Assembly: GCA_963700285.1 (NCBI GenBank)
Contig: CAVOXA010000006.1
Location: forward strand, 32,001 to 96,000
DNA: 64,000 nt
Direction of reading: 5' to 3'
From: an uncultured Chloroflexia bacterium
Lineage (GTDB): Bacteria; Chloroflexota; Anaerolineae; JAAYZQ01
A model generated the notes under the pieces. It did not search any database, was not told the DNA's origin, and saw only the letters and a list, made by a program, of their open reading frames with translations. Positions 34,137-43,586 of the stretch are shown one piece after another. Both the position numbers and the translations under genes were made by a program. The number at the start of each line of letters is the position of its first letter. Positions within the stretch are counted from its first letter, which is position 1.

Positions 34137-34910
34137 TCAAATTCTGGCGCTTTGGGGCAGGAAACGCCCGATGAACTGCGATCCCAGGTAGGCCGTCTGG
34201 TAGGGATTGCGGGGCCGGATCTCAAAGACGGCTGTGCCGTCAAAGTCGATCTCTTGTAGCGTGGCGGCCAGCAGCTCCCAATCCTCTTCTGGGATGCCGC
34301 CTGTCCCCGGAACATAGTGGTCTCGGCCCGGGTGGGGCAGCTCCTGTTCGGCCAGGGGCAGGATGTCCTGCAGGTGCACGTGGATGAGGTGAGGCTTGAG
34401 CGCGCTCAGAAAAGCGCTCAGGCCTTTGTCTGTGAAGTAGACGTGCCCGATGTCCAGGCAGAACTTGAGGCCCTCCACTTTCGAGATGGCCTGCTCCAGG
34501 AAGGCCAATTGCCCGTTTTCCAGCGCGATGCGCACCCCGCGCTCGGCCGCATAGGCCACCACGTCCCGGCAGAGCGCGACGTCGAGACGTCCCTCCTCGC
34601 CGCCGGCGAAAAACTCGTCGGGATGTACCACCAGAACGCTGGCGCCCAGGTCGCGGGCGGCATCGATCTGCACCTGCTGCTCGGCCAAGGTGTAGGCAAG
34701 GCCGGTGTGCAGGCTAACCGGCATCCCGGCCAGGGCGGCCTTGAGGCCGGCTCGTTCCGACCTGGCATAGAGGCTCTGCCTGCCCGGCCACCGGCTCCAC
34801 AGCTCGACGGCATAGCCCAGATCGCGGATCTGCGCCAGTTCTTGCTCCAAGCTGGCGACCTGGGCATAGTGACTGAAATTCCACAGGCTGATGGCATACT
34901 GGATCTTCAT
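34137..34910 (-). CDS. Sugar phosphate isomerase/epimerase (xylose isomerase-like TIM barrel)
   Basis: IALEN, CLDIGH, HVHLQD, DHYVPGTG, FEI. Confidence 0.85.
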   Translation of the reverse strand: MKIQYAISLWNFSHYAQVASLEQELAQIRDLGYAVELWSRWPGRQSLYARSERAGLKAALAGMPVSLHTGLAYTLAEQQVQIDAARDLGASVLVVHPDEFFAGGEEGRLDVALCRDVVAYAAERGVRIALENGQLAFLEQAISKVEGLKFCLDIGHVYFTDKGLSAFLSALKPHLIHVHLQDILPLAEQELPHPGRDHYVPGTGGIPEEDWELLAATLQEIDFDGTAVFEIRPRNPYQTAYLGSQFIGRFLPQSARI

Positions 34911-35045
34911 AGCTTCATCTTTCTCCGTCCGTGTAGGATCCCTCCGCACAGGGCACCCTTGGATGTAGAGCCCTCTCGAGTGTAGAGCCCTTTTGATGCT
35001 CCCGGCGAATCACGGATTCGCCGGCTTTCGACAGCAGAGCGCTGG

Positions 35046-36146
35046 TCACGGACCAGCGCGGAGCCGGGCCGGCTGGTCTGCCGATATCGGATAGCGCCCG
35101 TACTTGCGTGTTGCGCGTACCATGGCCTCGAAATTCTCCAGGGGTACATAGTGGGCCACGGTGTTGCTGGAGCCCACCGCGTACCCGCCGCCGGGCGCTA
35201 GCGTCCGGATGCGCTCCCGTACCTCGGCTTCGACGTCGGCTGGGCTGCCCAGGGTCAGCGTCTCTCCGATCTCGACGTTGCCCAGCAGGCAGAGCCGGTC
35301 GCCGGCGCGGGCTTTTAGCTCGCCGCTGTCCATGGCCTTGGGCTCCACGGGGTGCAGGGCGTTCAGGCCGCAGGCCAGCAGATCGGGCAGGATCTCCCAC
35401 AGGTTGCCGTCAGAATGCAGGATAAAGGGCAGGTCCCTGGTCCGGCAGATGGCGCCCATCTCTTCCATGTAGGGAAAGAGGTACTGCCGCAGCACCTTGG
35501 GGCTGACCATCGTGCCCGAATAGTAGGCCAGGTCGTCGCCGTACCACATGGCGCCGATGTCGTCCATCTCGACAATGCGCCGAAAGACTGCGAGCTGGGT
35601 CTCGCCCACTCTGCGGAAGAGTTCGGCGACCAGGTCGGGTTGGTCCACCAGGGCGAAGCAAAAAGTCTCAAAGCCCATGATGCGCCATACCCGGGTAAAG
35701 ATGCCGCCGACCCCAGAGATGATTTTCATGCCGGAGGGCAGGATGCGGGCGCAAGCCGCCAGGTTGGTAAAATCGATGGTCTCGGGATCGGGCCAGGGAT
35801 AGCGCGGGTAGTCGTCCCAACCGCTGATCAGGCTCGTCTCGTCGCCGGCCCAGGTGGTGACCTGCATGTCGCCGCCGTAGATGTGATCCTCGTCGCGGTG
35901 CCCGTCGCCTACCATGCGGTACTCATAGTTGGCCCGCAGGTGCACATAGTCGTAGCCGGCCCGGTGCCAGAAATCCACGTCGTCCTGGATGGTCTGGATG
36001 GGCCGGCCCAGGAATGCCTGTTTGACCTGCCAGTCCACGTGCAGCTCGGCGTTGGGTACTCGGTCGGGCTCGCCCTCCAGCATCAGTACGCGGCGAAGCC
36101 GTTCGAAATCGGGGTCCAGTGGGATGAATCTCTCTTGTACCAACAT
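35046..36146 (-). CDS. Uroporphyrinogen decarboxylase family protein (methyltransferase-like URO-D fold)
   Basis: GEPDRVP, YPWPDP, YGDDLA, LHSDGN, LHPVEP, LLGNV, GGGYAVGSSN, ENFEAM. Confidence 0.88.
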   Translation of the reverse strand: MLVQERFIPLDPDFERLRRVLMLEGEPDRVPNAELHVDWQVKQAFLGRPIQTIQDDVDFWHRAGYDYVHLRANYEYRMVGDGHRDEDHIYGGDMQVTTWAGDETSLISGWDDYPRYPWPDPETIDFTNLAACARILPSGMKIISGVGGIFTRVWRIMGFETFCFALVDQPDLVAELFRRVGETQLAVFRRIVEMDDIGAMWYGDDLAYYSGTMVSPKVLRQYLFPYMEEMGAICRTRDLPFILHSDGNLWEILPDLLACGLNALHPVEPKAMDSGELKARAGDRLCLLGNVEIGETLTLGSPADVEAEVRERIRTLAPGGGYAVGSSNTVAHYVPLENFEAMVRATRKYGRYPISADQPARLRAGP

Positions 36147-36370
36147 GGCAGGGTGTGTTCCTCCTGGGCAGAAGCCAACCTGTTCAATAGCATGGTCAAT
36201 TGGGCTGCGACAGCCCCCAGACCCATGATACATGGAGGCCAGTACCGTGGCAAATTTTCTTTTGCGCTGTGCCAGTACTCTCCTTTGGCCTACCCATGGC
36301 CCGACTGCTGCTCCTTGTGCGCGAGACCCTGGGGCATGTGCTCTCTGTTTCTGCACGGCACAAGCTCTTG

Positions 36371-36468
36371 GCTGACCTGTCATTCCCGCATGCCTTGGGC
36401 GGGAATCCACGCCACCGGCAACCGTCACCGTCGCAGAGTGGATGTCCGCGAGAATCGTGCGGGTATGC
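36371..36468 (-). repeat. REP-like element family B, inverted relative to the 33043 copy
   Basis: Shares ATACCCGCACGATTCTCGCGGACATCCACTCTGCG..GGTGACGGTTGCCGGTGGCGT and AATGACAGGTCAGC. Confidence 0.8.
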
Positions 36469-36711
36469 CCACCGAAACGCATACGCCATCTAGTTGACGA
36501 TCTACTTGCCAAGAACGGGTCTGCTGATGTATACTAGCGCTGAGAGCAACATGTGAGGATCGCACTCTGGAACGGAAGGACTGGCAGTCCTATGCAAGAG
36601 GCTTGCAGGAGGAAAATCTACTGTTTGGGACTGGATCTCGGCTGGCAAGCCCTGACAGAGGACTGCCAGTCCTGTTGAGGATTACATTCTGGAACGAGGA
36701 GGATTGAAGCG

Positions 36712-37182
36712 ATGCTAGCAGAAGGTACCCTTGCACCCGATTTTACGCTGGCCGCGGACGGTGGCGGAGAGGTCAGCTTGTCCGACTATCGCGGCCAGAA
36801 GGTGGTTCTGTACTTCTATCCCAAGGATGATACGCCGGGTTGTACCACCGAGGCCTGCAACTTTCGCGACGACTATTCAGAGATCCTGGCCGCCGGCGCG
36901 ACCGTCCTGGGCGTGAGCCCGGACAAGGTCAAGGCTCACGACAAATTCAAGCTGAAATATGAGCTGCCCTTCCCACTGCTCAGTGATCCGGAGCACAAGG
37001 TGGCCGAGATCTATGGCGCCTGGGGCGAAAAAACGAATTACGGCCGGACCTACATGGGCATTATCCGCTCCACCTATGTCATCAACGAGGAGGGGGTGAT
37101 CTTCAAGGTCTTTGCCAACGTGAGGCCCAAAAACCACAGCCAGGAGGTGCTGGAGGCCCTGAACGCCAATGACGCTGCCTAG
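36712..37182 (+). CDS. bcp: Thioredoxin-dependent peroxiredoxin Bcp
   Basis: LYFYPKDDTPGCTTEACNFRD, GIIRST; RBS GAGGAGG. Confidence 0.95.
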   Translation: MLAEGTLAPDFTLAADGGGEVSLSDYRGQKVVLYFYPKDDTPGCTTEACNFRDDYSEILAAGATVLGVSPDKVKAHDKFKLKYELPFPLLSDPEHKVAEIYGAWGEKTNYGRTYMGIIRSTYVINEEGVIFKVFANVRPKNHSQEVLEALNANDAA

Positions 37183-38044
37183 CTGGCAGCAAGACGGGCT
37201 GCCCCCGGTACCCGCCGGAAAAGATCTGCCGGCGGTACTGGCGGCGGGTGGTTTTGCCATCACGGTGGAGGTACTGCCGCCCACCGGTCCCGACGCTGAG
37301 AGCCTGCTGGCGGCACTGGAAAACGTGGCTCACCTGCCTTTCCTGGGCTTTAGTGTGGCTACGAACCCGGTGGCCCGGCCCCACATGAGCGCCCTGGCCC
37401 TGAGCGCTCTGTTGCAGGCGCGAACCGGAAAACCGGCGACCCTGCACTGTAGCACCCGCGACCACAATCGCCTGAGCCTGCAGGGCCTGCTGTGGGGGGC
37501 GCTGGCGCTGGGTATCCGGTCGGTGCTGGTCACTACGGGAGATTATGTCGCCTTGGGGACCGATGTCAGGACGACGTCCGTACGCGACCTGGGAGTCTTG
37601 GACCTGGTGCGCATGGCCCGCGAGGCCGGCCATTTCACCGGTGTGGCGTTGGATCCGCGGCCCGAGGAGGGGCGGCTCGCCCAAGAGGTCCAGCGCCTGG
37701 AACAGAAAGCCAGGGCGGGCGCCCAGTTTGTCGTCACCCAGCCGGTCTTTGATGAGGCGGGAGCTGAAGCCCTGTACCAGGCCACCCGCCACATCGGCAT
37801 CCCCGTCCTCCTGGGCATTCTACCGCTGCGCACGGCGCGCCACGCGTCGTTCCTGCACCACAAGGTGGCCGGCATCTCCGTCCCGGAGGGCATCCGGGAG
37901 CGCCTGGAGCGGGCAGCCGATCCACTGTCTGAAGGCGTGGCCGGCGCTCGGGTGGTGCTAGAGATCGCCCGCCAGCGGTTCGCGGGGGCCTGCATCATGC
38001 CGCCATTTGGTCGTTACGAAACCCTGCCGGAAATTGTGGCCTGA
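37169..38044 (+). CDS. Methylenetetrahydrofolate reductase-like flavoprotein (MetF fold)
   Basis: TVEVLPP, LHCSTRDHN..LQG.L.G...LGI, TGD, KARAGAQFVVTQPVFD, GILPL, MPPF. Confidence 0.85.
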   Translation: MTLPSWQQDGLPPVPAGKDLPAVLAAGGFAITVEVLPPTGPDAESLLAALENVAHLPFLGFSVATNPVARPHMSALALSALLQARTGKPATLHCSTRDHNRLSLQGLLWGALALGIRSVLVTTGDYVALGTDVRTTSVRDLGVLDLVRMAREAGHFTGVALDPRPEEGRLAQEVQRLEQKARAGAQFVVTQPVFDEAGAEALYQATRHIGIPVLLGILPLRTARHASFLHHKVAGISVPEGIRERLERAADPLSEGVAGARVVLEIARQRFAGACIMPPFGRYETLPEIVA

Positions 38045-38904
38045 TGTCGACCCTCAGGCGTCGACTGAGGGCTGATCCCATGGTGGAACGAGGAGATATC
38101 GCTTTGAGAGAACTGAGCCGCCGCCAATTTGCCAGGTTGCTGTTGGGTGGGACCGCGGCCTCGTTGCTTGGCAACTGCGGGCCCGGGCGCGAGGCCGGAC
38201 CGCAGTCTCAGGCCACGGTGCCGCGCGCCAACCCACCGGCCCCTACGCCCGACCTGGGATCCCCAACGCCGTCTGCCACGCCGGCGCCAACCATCCTTTC
38301 CAGCAAGAACGTCGGCAAGTTCTATGTCCGCTACTACAGAAGGTTTGAGGCTCCGGATCCGGCGCGCTGGACGCTTTCGGTGGATGGGCTGGTCCGCCAC
38401 CCGCAGAGGCTATCCCTATCGAACGTGCTGGCCCTGCCCGCCATCTCGCAGGTGTCGCGCATGAAATGCGTGGAATGCTGGTCTGCGCCGGCGAAATGGG
38501 AGGGCTTTCATCTTAGCACCCTGATGGAGCTGGCAGACCCCGATCCCAGGGCGGCCTGGGTCCATTTCCGCTGCGCCGATGGCTACTATGAGTCGATGAG
38601 GATCGAAGCCCTGCTGCAAGAGCGCGTCGTCTTTGTCCATCACATGAACGATGAAATCCTGCCCGACATCTATGGCGCGCCGCTGCGGCTGATGGTACCC
38701 TTTCGCTACGGCTACAAGAGCGCCAAGGCCATTACCAGCATCGATTTTGTGGAGGATGAGGTCTATGGCTACTGGTCTACGGTGGGCTACTCTACCCATG
38801 GCAACATCCAGCCAGGCCGCGACAACCCGCTGGACCTTCCCGGCGTAGCGCCAGATAGAAGGCGGCGAAGAGATCTTTTACCCGGAGGGGATAGAGTCCA
38901 GTGA
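38044..38904 (+). CDS. Molybdopterin-dependent oxidoreductase (sulfite oxidase/MsrP-like), probable Tat lipoprotein
   Basis: SRRQF twin-arginine motif, [41 protein letters not shown]; true start may be downstream. Confidence 0.85.
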   Translation: MSTLRRRLRADPMVERGDIALRELSRRQFARLLLGGTAASLLGNCGPGREAGPQSQATVPRANPPAPTPDLGSPTPSATPAPTILSSKNVGKFYVRYYRRFEAPDPARWTLSVDGLVRHPQRLSLSNVLALPAISQVSRMKCVECWSAPAKWEGFHLSTLMELADPDPRAAWVHFRCADGYYESMRIEALLQERVVFVHHMNDEILPDIYGAPLRLMVPFRYGYKSAKAITSIDFVEDEVYGYWSTVGYSTHGNIQPGRDNPLDLPGVAPDRRRRRDLLPGGDRVQ

Positions 38905-38928
38905 AGCGCTGTAGGAGGGCAGAAACAA

Positions 38929-38967
38929 CAAAGAGGGCTGGCTCTCGTCGAGAGCCAGCCCTCTTTG
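38929..38967. terminator. Intrinsic terminator hairpin between convergent genes
   Basis: CAAAGAGGGCTGGCTCTCG-T-CGAGAGCCAGCCCTCTTTG inverted repeat. Confidence 0.8.
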
Positions 38968-38983
38968 CACCGCTTGACAGGAC

Positions 38984-39258
38984 TCAGGCCGCGTCGTAGC
39001 CGGGGCCCTCTGTGTAGAACGCTTCGGTTCTTGTCGATCGCCCCGGCATACTCGTCGGGGACCTCGTCGTCTGGGAAGATGGCGTCGGTCGGGCATTCCG
39101 GCGCGCAGGCCCCGCAGTCGATGCAGGTGTCGGGGTCGATCCAATAGGCCGATCCCCCACTCCTCATGATCCTCTGGGCCGGCGACGATGCACTCCACCG
39201 GGCAGACCTCTGCACAGGCACCATCGCGAATGCACAACTCTGTGATTACGTACGGCAT
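38984..39258 (-). CDS. Dicluster ferredoxin (FdxA-like), frameshifted
   Basis: [24 protein letters not shown] and [22 protein letters not shown] in adjacent frames. Confidence 0.9.
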
Positions 39259-39371
39259 GGCGATACCTCCTCTTTCTCATATGATACAAGTCTCGGACAG
39301 CGTGCGGCTATTGTACAACAAAACCCGGCCAGGTCCAAATTGGACCAGGGATTGGAGTGGCGCTGCAGCGG

Positions 39372-40245
39372 CTACAAAAACTCGGCCCGCAGGCTGGCGA
39401 CCTCAGCCTCGGAGAGCTTTTGTCAACTTGCGGGTGGCGACGGGACCCTCCTCCAGTCCCGGTACCTGTTCCTCGTAGGTGGGAAGCTCTGTCCGGTAGA
39501 TGATACCCAGTCGGTATGCGGTCGCCCCACTCCAGCGCCTTTTGGAAGGCTGCCACGCGGTCGCTGGGATCATGATCCGTCTCCTCCAGCTTGTACACCC
39601 GCTCGCGGTACCAGTCGTAGGTGTTCTTCCGGTTAAAGGTCACGCAGGGCTGGAGGATGTCCACCAGCGCATAGCCCTTGTGCTGGACCGCCTGGGCGAT
39701 CAGGCCGGCCAGGCCCTTGACGTCGCCGGCAAAACCCCGGGCGACGAAGGTCGCCGCCGGCGGCCAGCGCCAGCGCCAGCGGGATTGGCCGCCATCTCGA
39801 CTGACCCGTCGGGCGAGGTGCTGGTGATAAAACCGGGATCGCTGGTGGGCGAGTATTGGCCCTTGGTCAAGCCATAGATCTGGTTGTTCTGGATGAGGTC
39901 CACGATGTCCAGGTTGCGCCGGGCCGTGTGGATAAAGTGGCCCATGCCCAGGCCCATCGAGTCGCCGTCACCGTGGATGGTGATCACCTTCAGGCCGTGA
40001 TTGGCCAGCTTGGCGCCGGTGGCGACCGGCACCGGCCGGCCGTGCAGCGTCATGAAGCCGTTGACGTGGGCATAGTCGGGCAGCTTGCTGCCGCAGCCGA
40101 TGCCGCTGACGATGAGCACCTCGTGGGGCGCCAGGCCGGCCTGAACCAGCCCCTGCTTGACCGCGCTCAGAATGCCAAAGTCGCCGCAGCCAGGGCACCA
40201 GGTCGGCTTTACGGGGCTTGCATAGTCCTTTGCTGTAGCTGCCAT
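39372..40245 (-). CDS. 2-oxoacid:ferredoxin oxidoreductase beta subunit, frameshifted
   Basis: PTWCPGCGDFGIL, SGIGC, LHGR, GDGD, YGLTKGQYSPT, LQPCVTFN. Confidence 0.92.
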
Positions 40246-40246
40246 G

Positions 40247-42004
40247 TTATCGCACCTCCTTCAGGCCGGCCAGTACATCCTCAGGGGAAAAGGCCGCCCG
40301 TCGTAGCGCAGAATGGTCTGGTCGACCTGGATGCAGGTCTCGCTCTGGAGCAGGCGCTTGAACTGGCCCGTATAGTTGTTCTCGACCGACGACGAGCTTG
40401 CCGCCACGGAGCGCCTCCGCCGCGGCCTCGGCCGGGAAGGGCCACAGGTCGCGGAAATGGACCAGCCGCGCCTGCCCGTCCAGCCGGTCGACGACCTCGC
40501 GCAGTACGCCGTAGGTCGATCCCCAGCCGACCAGGACGATGGGCGCCTCGTCGGGGCCGTAGCGCGTGGGCGGCTTCGATGTCCCGGCGGGCCGTCTCCA
40601 GCTTCTGCATCCGCTTCTGCATCATCCTGCTGCGGTTGTCCATGTCCTCGGTGATGTGGCCGAACTCGTCGTGCTCGTCGCTGGCCGTGGCATAGACCGC
40701 CTTGGGATGGCCGGGCACCGCCCGCGGCGAGATGCCGTCGTCGGCAAACGAGATGGCGCTTGTACGGCTCGGTCCAGCGCGTCCAGATCTCTCTTGGCTC
40801 AGCAGCTTGCCCCGGTCGATCTCGACTCTGTCAAAGTCGATGGCGTCGACCTCGATGGTGCGCAGCGAGCCGGCCAGGAGCTGGTCGGTACAGGACAATG
40901 ACCGGGGTCTGGTACGTTTCGGCCAGGTTAAAGGCCCGCCAGCCGCACTCGAAGCACTCTTCGATGGTGCCGGGCGCCAGCACCAGCCGCGGGAAACTCG
41001 CCGTGGGAGGCGTTGAGCACAAAGAGCAGGTCGCTCTGCTCGGTGCGGGTCGGCAGGCCGGTGGAGGGCCCGCCGCGCTGCGCCTCGACCACGACCAGGG
41101 GCACCTCGCACATGCCCGGCCAGGCCCAGCGCTTCGACCATCAGCGAAAAGCCGCCGCCCGAGGTGGCCGTCATGGCCCGGGCGCCGACAAAGTTGGCGC
41201 CGATGGCCATGCACACGGCGGCGATCTCGTCCTCGGCGTGTTTGGTCACCACGCCGAACTCGTGCTCGTGCTTGGCCATCCACTCGATGATCGACGTCGC
41301 CGGCGTCATGGGATAGGCCGAGATGAAGCGGCAGCCGCCGGCCAGCGCGCCCAGGGCAAAGGCCTGGTTGCCGGCCATCACCATCCGCTGCGGCGCATCT
41401 GGCACCTCGTTGCAGCTTCCACTCAAAACCGGCGGCATAGTGCTCCTGGGCATAGCAGGTAGGCGGCCCGGGCCACGCGCAGGTTGGCGGCCACGACCTC
41501 GCCGCCCTTGCGCTTGAAAGTTCTGGCGGATGACGTCGGCCAGCCGCTCGTACGAATAGCTCGACCACGCCGGCAGCCGCCCCCAGCGCCGCCGTGTTGG
41601 CCATCACCCGCTCGCCGTGCTCCTTGGCGATCTCGACCAGGGGCACCGGCATGGCCTTGCGCCCGCCGCTCGGCGATGCGGCCGCCGATCCACCTTGAGG
41701 TCTGCGTCGTAGATGATGCCGCCACCCTTAACCACCTCATCCTGGTAGGCTTCCAGCGCCTCTTCGTTCAGGGGCAGAAGGATGTGGACCGCGTCTTCGT
41801 GGGTGTAGAGGGGCTTCTGCGTGGACGCGGATCTGGAAAAAGTTCAGACCCGCCCCGGATGCGCGACATATAGTCCTGGAGGCCAAAGAGGTGCAGGCCG
41901 CCCCTGGCCAGCGCCTGGGCAAAGCCAGCCCCGCTCGATTCGACACCCTGGCCGGCCGCTCCTGCGATCTTGAAGGTCATGTTGTTGGTTATCGTCATGG
42001 GCAT
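40247..42004 (-). CDS. 2-oxoacid:ferredoxin oxidoreductase alpha subunit, frameshifted
   Basis: [58 protein letters not shown]. Confidence 0.92.
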
Positions 42005-42128
42005 TGCTCCTTGTCTGCTACAGTCACGGTTCGCTGTGGTCTCCCAAGGTTTCCACTGGGACTCAGGCATCGTACTCGTTGGGGCCAGAGTTGCAGCTTG
42101 CCCGGCCACGACCTCGGACCACTAGCTC

Positions 42129-42158
42129 AGTTTACCACCACTATACATCAGATGTCAA
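42129..42158 (-). promoter_or_regulatory. Promoter of the oxidoreductase operon with palindromic operator
   Basis: TTGACA-18bp-TAAACT; ACATCAGATGT palindrome at 42145-42155 overlaps the -35. Confidence 0.55.
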
Positions 42159-42198
42159 GTGCACGAACAACCTCTGGCAGGGCGATTGTATCTAAACC

Positions 42199-42326
42199 CG
42201 TCACTGACGGCGAAGGCGCTTCTGCTGAAGTGAAGCAATCTCACTCTTCTACAGGTGGGGATCGCGTCGCTGACGCTCGCGATGACTTTTACAGGTGGGG
42301 ATCGCTTCGCTGACACTCGCGATGAC
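42199..42326. repeat. REP-like element family A with 40-bp tandem duplication of its right arm
   Basis: TACAGGTGGGGATCGC.TCGCTGAC.CTCGCGATGAC at 42250 and 42290. Confidence 0.75.
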
Positions 42327-42363
42327 GGCTTTGCAACAGCCGTAGAGGTCGGCTACGATGATC

Positions 42364-42392
42364 TTGACACGCCTGTTGTTTTGAGTTATATT
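42364..42392 (+). promoter_or_regulatory. sigma70 promoter
   Basis: TTGACA-17bp-TATATT, 10 bp before ATG 42403. Confidence 0.6.
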
Positions 42393-42402
42393 GTAGCCAA
42401 CT

Positions 42403-42834
42403 ATGAAGAAAAGTAAAAAGGCACGCACACCTATCATCGAGTACGACGACTACCTGGCCATTGAACTCCCTGGCGAACGGCCGCCCCAGGAACGCGATCG
42501 CCTGACAGACCAGGCCATGGTCGTGGCCTACGACCGGGTCCGGCAGCAAGAAGCCAAGTGGCGCCTGCGCGCCCTGCACTTTGACCGCGAGGAGTGGACG
42601 CGTACCGGTATCCGCCGCTGGTGGGCAGTCCACGAGGTCTGGTTTCTCGCCGCGGACCAGTTGGATCAGCCGATCCCCGAGATCTGCCGCAGCTACGATG
42701 GGCCCCAGGGAAACCTGCCCACCATCTTTCTCTGTCACCGCAATACGCCCATGTTGCCAGCACGCCAGCAGATGAACGCCCTGCGCAAAAAGTCCAGTAG
42801 CGGCGCCCAGCACAACCCGCACAGCATGGGCTAG
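42403..42834 (+). CDS. Hypothetical protein
   Basis: 143-aa ORF with host-like GC3 bias directly behind a promoter; no motif recognised. Confidence 0.65.
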   Translation: MKKSKKARTPIIEYDDYLAIELPGERPPQERDRLTDQAMVVAYDRVRQQEAKWRLRALHFDREEWTRTGIRRWWAVHEVWFLAADQLDQPIPEICRSYDGPQGNLPTIFLCHRNTPMLPARQQMNALRKKSSSGAQHNPHSMG

Positions 42835-42874
42835 CGGCTCTGGCCTTGGCTCCCAACCATCTGGCATTCAGCCC

Positions 42875-43586
42875 ATGAAACAAGCCATCGTTATCATCGG
42901 TGGATACAATTCCATCTGGACGGCCTATCTGAAAATGGCCCGTGAGCTAGAGGCCCTGACGGGGCTGCCCGCTGTCGCCGTACCCCTCATGCCCTGGCAC
43001 TGGTGGCGCGCAGAACGGGCCAAGCAGGCTACGATCATTCTTCAAAGGCTCGACCAGACCGTGGCCTGGGCCCACCGCCGGCACCAGGCGCGCCGCTACA
43101 TCCTGATCGGCCATAGCGCCGGAGGCCTGATCGCCCGGCTCTACCTGAGCGACATGCCGGTCTGGAACAGGGTCTACCGGGGAGTGGAGCAGGTCTCTAT
43201 GATTGTGACGCTGGGCAGCCCCCACTCTGATTCCGGGGGGCACAGAACTGGCTGGTACCTGGCAGAGGCGGCCAATGAGCTGGCGCCAGGCGTGCCCTAT
43301 GCCGATCGCGTGCGCTATCACACGGTTGCCGGCCGGAGTGTTCTCGGAGATCCATCGGGAACGTGGCGGGAGCGCCGGGCCTACCGCTCCTACGCCTTTT
43401 TCTGCGGGCAGGGGGATACCTGGGGGGACGGTACGGTACCGCTGGTTAGCGCCGGCCTGGCTGGGGCTGAAGGTCGTGACTCTGCCCCAGGTTTTCCACT
43501 CGCAGAAATACGGCTCTGCCTGGTACGGCTCATCGGGCGAGATTATCCGCCGCTGGTGGCCCGACGGGGTGAGCGATGGCCGCTGA
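42875..43586 (+). CDS. Alpha/beta hydrolase (lipase/PGAP1-like), frameshift near 43475
   Basis: LIGHSAGG, VTLGSPH, WGDGTVP, FHSQKYG..WYGS. Confidence 0.82.

Noticed and set aside
36712-38904. Selenocysteine recoding in the redox genes
   Set aside because: Catalytic positions are ordinary Cys codons, with no in-frame TGA.
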